Shown one piece after another: positions 57,677 to 64,000 of a stretch of DNA of 64,000 nucleotides (positions are counted from its first letter, which is position 1; each line of letters begins with the position of its first letter). The DNA comes from a virus. A model generated the notes under the pieces. The model made no database searches. It was given only the letters and a program-made list of their open reading frames with translations, and was not told the DNA's origin. The position numbers and the translations under genes were made by a program. The stretch spans positions 1 to 64,000 of IMG/VR virus record IMGVR_UViG_3300036937_000041; one strand, given 5' to 3'.

Positions 57677-59665
57677 TCACACTTGATCAAGACTGTGCCC
57701 CGACGATGGTTCGAGTAACATCGGAATAGTGATATGCGCCTCGTCCTCCCGGGTCCCCAGATCGGGGATCTCGTGCATAACCAGATCAACCTTGTCCTCG
57801 GGGACGAACATCACCTGCTGATCGTGGACGGCCAGCGCGGGCTCAACCCCCCAGGACCGTCGATCGAACTCAGCGATCTCGTCCATAAAGTGAAACGTTT
57901 GATACAGGCTCCCGGTCGACTGCGGGTTGAAGTTGACCGCCTGACGCTCCGCGTGCTCGCGCTGTCGATCATCCGCACTGTTTATCTCCGGCAGATATCG
58001 AATCGATCCATATTCGGATACCACATACCCGTCGGCGCGCGCCCGCTTGATCACCCGCTGAGTCCAGGGGAGTAGGCCCGCATACATCTCCATATACTTT
58101 CTACGGATCTCCTGTGCGCGGGCGAGCAGCACCTGCTTATCGATCTTGACCTTCTTAATCTGGTCAAAGGGGATGCCCAGGCGCTCGGCATACTCCGGTC
58201 CCATAATCTCGTTGCCGATCCCCTTCGGCCCCCAGACGAGCACCCCGGCGGCCCCCAGATAACACAGGGCGAAGTTCGCCGGTTTTCCGATCTTCCGCTG
58301 AAAACCGGTAACCTGATCGAATGGTATGCCAAAAATACCACTGGCGGTCAGTCGATGCAGATCCAGGTTCTCTCGATATGCCTTGAGCATCATCGGATCC
58401 TGTGACAAGTAGGCGATCAACCGCAGTTCCATCTGCGAGTAATCGGCGCCGACCAGCACATACCCCTCGGGGGCGACGAACATCTGTTTGACAATCCTGG
58501 AGCTGGCTTTCAGCGTCGGCAAATTCTGTAGATTGGGCTCGCTCGAACTCCAGCGCAGGGTCTCGGTCCCGTGCGCTTTTATATCCGAGTGAACGCGGCC
58601 GGTCACCGGGTTTATCTTGGACTCTACGCCATCAAAGTAGGTGCTGATCAGCTTGGTCAGCCGCCTGTACTCCAAGATATCCCGCGCAATATCACACCCA
58701 TGCTGTTCCGCGTAGGCGCTGAGCACCGGCTCGTCAAATACGTGTTTGACCACCGTACGTTTGCTCCGCTGATCATACACCTGGTTCTCCACCGGGGGCA
58801 GCCGCAGACTCTTGATCAGCAGCTGCTCCAGATAAGATTCAGCATTGGGGTTGAACTGCTTATTGTGCGCCCCCTCCCTAATCTGCTCCAGCAACCCGGA
58901 CTGCTGGGCGCGCAACCGCTCTCGGGTACGCTGTAGATAATCTATATCGACGGGAAACCCATTGTGGACCATCCGGGCAACAAAATGTATTTCCGGCATA
59001 TACCGAGTGTGCCACAACGGAGCATACGGCTTGCCCCGCATGTCCTCAAGATCCGCATGATATTCTCTGAGCGCCACATCACAGTCACCGCAGCAGTATT
59101 CTCCGATCTGCTGGGTTGTTCGATATAGGGAAAGATCTTTATCCCCATGCTCATCCTCCCGAATTCCCTGCCAGATGCTTTTCAGATATGATAAATCTGG
59201 GTACTTCTCGTGAACAATGTGGTCCAAGCCGAGTCGCCGCTCATACCCCTTGGACGTATCTGGATAGCGGATGAACCGATACCAAAAGGTGCAAAATGTG
59301 TTGACCAACTCGGTCTGCCAATGGTGGCCAATCCACTTGATCTCAAACTCAGCATTGTGGGCGATCTTGATCATCGCAGAGCAGGTCATCACCTGGCGAA
59401 GAAGATCGATCAGCCGCTCATTCTGCTCGGCCGTCCACCTCGGACGTAGATCGGAGACCATCAACCCTAGGTCGCGGACCATCAGCGGAATATATATCCC
59501 GGTGTGGACCTTCCACGATATTCCTATGCCAAGTATTTGCCCCCGGTACTCATTTCGAGAAGTTGTCTCGATGTCTATGCTGATCGCCGACGGTCGGCGG
59601 GCCAGCAGCTGGGCGAGCAGCCGCTCGGCCATACTAATATCCTCAATAACATAGTACTCGTTCAT
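57677..59665 (-). CDS. polA: DNA polymerase, family A
   Basis: Exo DIET, AHNA.FE, YCCGD; TETLRWSS.EPNLQN, motif A DYSQMELR, motif B R..GK.ANF...Y, motif C VHDQ. Confidence 0.93.
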   Translation of the reverse strand: MNEYYVIEDISMAERLLAQLLARRPSAISIDIETTSRNEYRGQILGIGISWKVHTGIYIPLMVRDLGLMVSDLRPRWTAEQNERLIDLLRQVMTCSAMIKIAHNAEFEIKWIGHHWQTELVNTFCTFWYRFIRYPDTSKGYERRLGLDHIVHEKYPDLSYLKSIWQGIREDEHGDKDLSLYRTTQQIGEYCCGDCDVALREYHADLEDMRGKPYAPLWHTRYMPEIHFVARMVHNGFPVDIDYLQRTRERLRAQQSGLLEQIREGAHNKQFNPNAESYLEQLLIKSLRLPPVENQVYDQRSKRTVVKHVFDEPVLSAYAEQHGCDIARDILEYRRLTKLISTYFDGVESKINPVTGRVHSDIKAHGTETLRWSSSEPNLQNLPTLKASSRIVKQMFVAPEGYVLVGADYSQMELRLIAYLSQDPMMLKAYRENLDLHRLTASGIFGIPFDQVTGFQRKIGKPANFALCYLGAAGVLVWGPKGIGNEIMGPEYAERLGIPFDQIKKVKIDKQVLLARAQEIRRKYMEMYAGLLPWTQRVIKRARADGYVVSEYGSIRYLPEINSADDRQREHAERQAVNFNPQSTGSLYQTFHFMDEIAEFDRRSWGVEPALAVHDQQVMFVPEDKVDLVMHEIPDLGTREDEAHITIPMLLEPSSGHSLDQV

Positions 59666-60447
59666 AGCAGCGGATCCAACGAGCAGGTGAGCCTGCGCTT
59701 GGCCATCAGACAGTATTTCTCCTCGATCTCTATCCCGATGTACCGGCGTCCGAGTTCTCGGGCGGCCACCAGGGTCGTCCCACTACCCATAAACGGATCG
59801 AACACAATGTCCCCCGGGTCAGAGCTGTTCAATATCATTCTACGCATTACATCCAATGGCTTCTGCGTCGGGTGGGCAATATTTTTCGACTCTCGTGGCA
59901 TCCACCAAAGCGCAGGCTGCTTACTACCCCCTCGCCATTTCGTGGGAGGACGGGTAAGCCACACAAACGGCTCAAAATTATGCTTATATCTGGCGTTTAG
60001 CGCCGGATATTTAACATTGGACTTCCCCCAGATGAGCATTTGATAGTGAGTAAAAGGAATCGGTGGGTACACCCAGTGCGATCGACTTTCCGAGTAAAAA
60101 ACATATGCTCCCCCAGAGCACAAGATCAGCAACCGGTGTAATTCACTGAATAATCGAGTATATAGATTGTTACTATCCCCAAAAATCTTTTCCCGCCATT
60201 GATGCTTGTTAACCTCATTGACAATCAGTTTATCACTCACAGGACGATGTTGTCCTCCAGCATAGTCAACCCCGTACGGCGGATCCGTGACCACCAGGTC
60301 AATAGATTTGTCGGGCAGTCTTTTCATGATCTCAAAACAATCCCCGCAATATATTGTCCCCGAATCATCTTGATGATAAGGATGAACACCGACTTGAGCA
60401 ACAATGTCATCAAATGTCATATAACAAAAGCGAGGCATGCGATACAT
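59662..60447 (-). CDS. N4/N6 DNA methyltransferase (beta class)
   Basis: TDPPY, HPTQKP, DPFMGSGTT. Confidence 0.92.
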   Translation of the reverse strand: MYRMPRFCYMTFDDIVAQVGVHPYHQDDSGTIYCGDCFEIMKRLPDKSIDLVVTDPPYGVDYAGGQHRPVSDKLIVNEVNKHQWREKIFGDSNNLYTRLFSELHRLLILCSGGAYVFYSESRSHWVYPPIPFTHYQMLIWGKSNVKYPALNARYKHNFEPFVWLTRPPTKWRGGSKQPALWWMPRESKNIAHPTQKPLDVMRRMILNSSDPGDIVFDPFMGSGTTLVAARELGRRYIGIEIEEKYCLMAKRRLTCSLDPLL

Positions 60448-60477
60448 GCTCTCGCTTTTCCAGTAGAAAGGGGTTGT

Positions 60478-61254
60478 CTATTCTGCCGGTATGGCGGGGG
60501 CCACATTCGGTGTGAGGGGAAGCTTGGTCATGGTCACCCGACCATCAAGCTCATCGACCTGCCAACCACGCTTTTTCGCATCGCGTATGACGATGTAGAC
60601 CAGTGTGGGAACCCACTGTGTTTTGGTCTCAAACTTGCGTTCGGCCAGCACCTTCTCGATATGCGAATAGAAATCAACTTTGGTTCCCGACCAGCGTTGG
60701 AGCTCCTCGAAGATCACCGCGGCCTTCGAACCTTCGGTAAACGGAACGGCTTTGTCCGCCCACCGATCTACGTGTGCGCGCGCAGCCCGGGGCTTCCGCT
60801 TCTTCTGTTCGGGCGCACTCTGGGCGTCCGTGGTCGTGATCGGAGGAGCAGCGGCTGCACTGACCTCTGCGGGCGCCGATGGGGCTACAGTGGCCTCCGT
60901 TGGCGGCGCCACAGGCTCTGTCGGGGGCGCAGGAGCAGCCGCTTTCTTGGCCTTCGGTCGTGGTTGTTCGTCTTCGGTGAAGTTCGTGTAGATAAAAAAG
61001 CAGGTCTCGGCCATAGGCTGAGGACCGACCACACCGGCTTCGAGCACGCGGGTCACATGCCCATCATTAGCCGGATCGAATGCCTCACCGATCAGCTTGG
61101 TGAAGTACGGTCCACACTTGTCCGGGGCCTCGGCAAACATTTCGCCAACCCCTTCCTCGGTAAACCGCAGTTCCTCGCGGAGAATCTTCTTCGTCTCCTC
61201 CGGCTTATTCTTAGCCAGTTCGAGGAAATCGTTTACAGTGTAGGTCTCACTCAT
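60478..61254 (-). CDS. Hypothetical protein with Ala/Pro linker
   Basis: 258 aa two-domain protein, SD AAAGGA. Confidence 0.65.
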   Translation of the reverse strand: MSETYTVNDFLELAKNKPEETKKILREELRFTEEGVGEMFAEAPDKCGPYFTKLIGEAFDPANDGHVTRVLEAGVVGPQPMAETCFFIYTNFTEDEQPRPKAKKAAAPAPPTEPVAPPTEATVAPSAPAEVSAAAAPPITTTDAQSAPEQKKRKPRAARAHVDRWADKAVPFTEGSKAAVIFEELQRWSGTKVDFYSHIEKVLAERKFETKTQWVPTLVYIVIRDAKKRGWQVDELDGRVTMTKLPLTPNVAPAIPAE

Positions 61255-61328
61255 GATAAATTCCTTTCCTATCGTATTTTCATTCTATTCCGCTTACTCT
61301 ATTATACGCACTTTTCACAGAAAATCAA

Positions 61329-62498
61329 TCAAATTGGGCGAACTATTTGAGTATAGTATATGAAAGATGAGCCCTTTTGGGAGACAAATATGGGCTTATT
61401 TGGGGCGATTACGGTGATCATCATCGGCGCCCCGGCCTTCGCATCGTACAGCTTGGTCAGCGCATCAACCGAGGGCACGCTCAACCGCAGCTCCAACGGG
61501 GGGACATCCTTTTCCTCTGCCCCATCGGGAAGCTGCAGATCATCAATGGCAATCGTCTCGGCCGAGCTAGCGGTGCCGAGCGCGCTCTTACACGATAACA
61601 CCAGCGACCGACCAGCGAACTGCAGGCCAAGCTGGGCGAACTTATCGGTGTCCAAGATGAGCACCCGGCGCACCGCCGACTGGAACGCCACGCTGTCGAT
61701 CATCGCCTTGAACATAAAGTTATTCCGCAGGTCGAGCACCTGGTTGAGCGCCTCCCACGGAAACTCGGCCTCGGCCAGCACACAGCTGTAGGTAAAGCTG
61801 TCGCTCTCGATTATAAACGTTGCCCGATCAGTCCCGTACTTCACATCGCCGATCTTCGAGCGGTTAATCGAGTTCAAAAACTTGATCGCGTACGGCCCTA
61901 TGGTAATCCGCTCAAATACATCCTCCTGGCGTTTGTGGATCGCCCCGTGGGTGCCGACCGTGCTCACATACACCTCGTCGGACACGCTGACGCCCGCCAG
62001 TTCGGGGCGCGCCAGCTCCTTGGCGGCCAGGGGGATCATGCGGTCGAGTGTGTCCAGAAATTGAAGATCGCCCAGGCTCCTCATCTCACAGGTCGGCCGA
62101 CGGTGTACCGGAAACGCATCGGCGTCGATGCCCGGAAGTTTATATCGACTTTCGGTGTAGATAGTGAACCCCTGCCGCTCGTAATCCCATTCGAACTTGA
62201 CCCGGTCCTTGCCACTGTTGAGCAAGATCTTCTGCAGGGTGTCAAATGATACCGCGGTTGAAAAATCCGGGCCGATCTGCCCATCGAAGGCAAGACCGCG
62301 AATATGCGCGTACGACACGCCGTCCGCCACCTCCAGGTCAAGCCGGGGCGCCTCCAATTCCGATTGGCGGACCATCCTGATCACCACACACTTAAAGATC
62401 TCGTGCAGCTGGCCGCTGAATGTGAATGATTTTCCTATCGCGGCCATCCAGTCGACAAGCTGACCGCGGTCAACCGAGAACACGGCTGATGTCTGCAT
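61329..62498 (-). CDS. dnaN: DNA polymerase sliding clamp (beta subunit-like)
   Basis: About 390 aa; YKLPGIDADAFP, RPELAGV, EFP, terminal IVRPI. Confidence 0.75.
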   Translation of the reverse strand: MQTSAVFSVDRGQLVDWMAAIGKSFTFSGQLHEIFKCVVIRMVRQSELEAPRLDLEVADGVSYAHIRGLAFDGQIGPDFSTAVSFDTLQKILLNSGKDRVKFEWDYERQGFTIYTESRYKLPGIDADAFPVHRRPTCEMRSLGDLQFLDTLDRMIPLAAKELARPELAGVSVSDEVYVSTVGTHGAIHKRQEDVFERITIGPYAIKFLNSINRSKIGDVKYGTDRATFIIESDSFTYSCVLAEAEFPWEALNQVLDLRNNFMFKAMIDSVAFQSAVRRVLILDTDKFAQLGLQFAGRSLVLSCKSALGTASSAETIAIDDLQLPDGAEEKDVPPLELRLSVPSVDALTKLYDAKAGAPMMITVIAPNKPIFVSQKGSSFIYYTQIVRPI

Positions 62499-63141
62499 AA
62501 CGCATAGTCCTTTCCCGCTGTCCAAAGGCAATCGCCTCTTCTCGTATGCACCTGAGCGCCTGCCGAACGTGGACCACCGATTGGTGGGCCAACCTCGATA
62601 GCGAACGTACACCGATGTCCGACGCCCAGAGCTTAAGATCGTAGATGCTCAGCACCTCGGGGGCAACCCGGGTCTGCAGATGATCTCTGAACCTGGCGAG
62701 CAAACTGGTGACCATCAGCTCATCAGAGTAGGCGGCGAACTCCTGGACCAGCAAATTGTTTATGTTTTCAACCTGACTTTCATTGACTATCTGACTGCCG
62801 ATACGCCGCTTATTCGTGTTCAGCGACCGTATCTCGCTTATGAACTGGTTGGCGATCACCCGGCAACTCCAGGTGCTCCACCTGATCCCAAACTTGGGGT
62901 CGAAACTCTTCCATTTTTCAGCAAACCTAAGAGCCGCCACCTGCTGCCAATCCGCTTCGGTGAGCAGCCCCGTTCGATCAACCGGAATGAACTTCAACCA
63001 CAGACGCCAACTGCGCTCATACAGCAGGTCGAGCGCACGACGATCCCCACGAAAAGCTAATTCCCACAGGCGTTCGTGGGATAACCTGCCGAGCCGGAGA
63101 CCATCCAGCCGAAGGTTAATCTTCTCCCTGTTCAGCATCAT
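62470..63141 (-). CDS. Phage sigma factor-like protein
   Basis: Region-2-like DWQQ.A....KSFDPKFG.RWSTW...I.N; C-terminal HTH. Confidence 0.65.
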   Translation of the reverse strand: MMLNREKINLRLDGLRLGRLSHERLWELAFRGDRRALDLLYERSWRLWLKFIPVDRTGLLTEADWQQVAALRFAEKWKSFDPKFGIRWSTWSCRVIANQFISEIRSLNTNKRRIGSQIVNESQVENINNLLVQEFAAYSDELMVTSLLARFRDHLQTRVAPEVLSIYDLKLWASDIGVRSLSRLAHQSVVHVRQALRCIREEAIAFGQRERTMRYADISRVLG

Positions 63142-63154
63142 CTCTGTTCTCCCA

Positions 63155-64000
63155 TCAAAATCCGCCACCGAGTTCATCCTCCTCCGCGGCCGAAGGAGGC
63201 GCTTCATCCGATATTCGCATGCACTCCGGTTCCCACAGCAGCTTGACCGTCCGGGCGGCCGTGCCCATGCGTTGTTTGCCTATATATATCTCAATGGAAT
63301 TGTCTACCAGCTCGTCCGGTTTGTATTTGGCCGGGCGCTCAACCTGGAACATCAGGTCGCACCGCTGCTCGTATGCGCCGGATTCCGCATACAATTCTTG
63401 GCGGTCGATCTTCCCCCGATCCTTGCCCATTCGCTTGAGCTGGACCACACAACAAATATGTGTCTGGATCCGACGCGCCATGTTTCCAACCTCAACCATT
63501 TTCTGTGCGATCAATCCTGCCTTCTTCCCCGGATCATATATACCAGTAAAATCGTCTAATTGGTTGAATAAGTCAACAAAAATAATCTTCGGATCGGTAC
63601 CTTGCTTGCGCGCCTGTTCCACGTACTTTGGGATATCCTTCAGGTAAAAGGCGCCACGCGGCTCCAGATAGATATGGGGTCTTTTCGGGCTAGACAGGTA
63701 ATCTACCGCTTTTTCGAACATTTCATGGTTAAACTGCTCGTGTGTTTTGCCCTGAGCGGCGGCGCGCAGCCCCCTGACCATGTCGGGCACGCTCATGCCC
63801 GTCCGGATTGATATTTGTCTGAAATACTCGTCCAACAGTGATTGTTCTCGGGCGATCGTTATCGTCTGGTGGCCAACCGAGGAGAGCAATCGCTGGACAT
63901 TGGCCCTGAACGTCGATTTGCCCATGCTCGGACGACCGGCCACCGCACTCACCCCGGGAACAAAGCCAAATGTTAGATACCTGTCTATGCGTTCGTATCC
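63155..64000 (-). CDS. dnaB: DnaB-like replicative helicase (5'-partial)
   Basis: AGRPSMGKS, IFVD, VVQLKR, ESGAYEQ.CD, KQR.G; frame open to window end. Confidence 0.9.
   Translation of the reverse strand, partial: GYERIDRYLTFGFVPGVSAVAGRPSMGKSTFRANVQRLLSSVGHQTITIAREQSLLDEYFRQISIRTGMSVPDMVRGLRAAAQGKTHEQFNHEMFEKAVDYLSSPKRPHIYLEPRGAFYLKDIPKYVEQARKQGTDPKIIFVDLFNQLDDFTGIYDPGKKAGLIAQKMVEVGNMARRIQTHICCVVQLKRMGKDRGKIDRQELYAESGAYEQRCDLMFQVERPAKYKPDELVDNSIEIYIGKQRMGTAARTVKLLWEPECMRISDEAPPSAAEEDELGGGF

Noticed and set aside
59837-59845. GCGTAGAAT promoter-motif variant
   Set aside because: Lies deep inside the MTase CDS, about 170 nt from the next start; likely chance
1-64000. Genome-wide TAG recoding (several TAG stops are in frame with the next gene, e.g. 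14221, 54494, 55851, 60478)
   Set aside because: Conserved genes are intact under the standard code, downstream genes have their own SD, promoter or signal peptide, and no suppressor tRNA is seen
1-64000. Diversity-generating retroelement, retron, integrase or host-prophage junction
   Set aside because: No reverse transcriptase, recombinase/integrase, TR/VR pair or host housekeeping block recognised in this window

Overview
64 kb fragment of a large tailed dsDNA phage (Caudoviricetes), with essentially all credible genes on the minus strand; the plus-strand ORFs look like shadows. In transcription order (high to low coordinates) it carries: (1) a replication/recombination block (DnaB-like helicase, sigma-like factor, beta clamp, family A DNA polymerase, SSB, RecA, Mre11/Rad50, RuvC, tandem GroES, three DNA methyltransferases); (2) a long run of small accessory genes including a Ro60/TROVE gene followed by three Y-RNA-like units; (3) a large terminase split into two genes around a primase and three structured RNA-like elements; (4) portal, MuF head protein and an in-frame ADP-ribosyltransferase-like domain behind an amber codon; (5) a small early-type cassette, two secreted dockerin-like proteins and a degenerate tRNA-Pro; (6) the head, lysis and virion genes. 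A GCGTATAAT promoter motif recurs 13 times exactly, always just upstream of gene starts. All family calls come from motif recognition by eye, not database searches.
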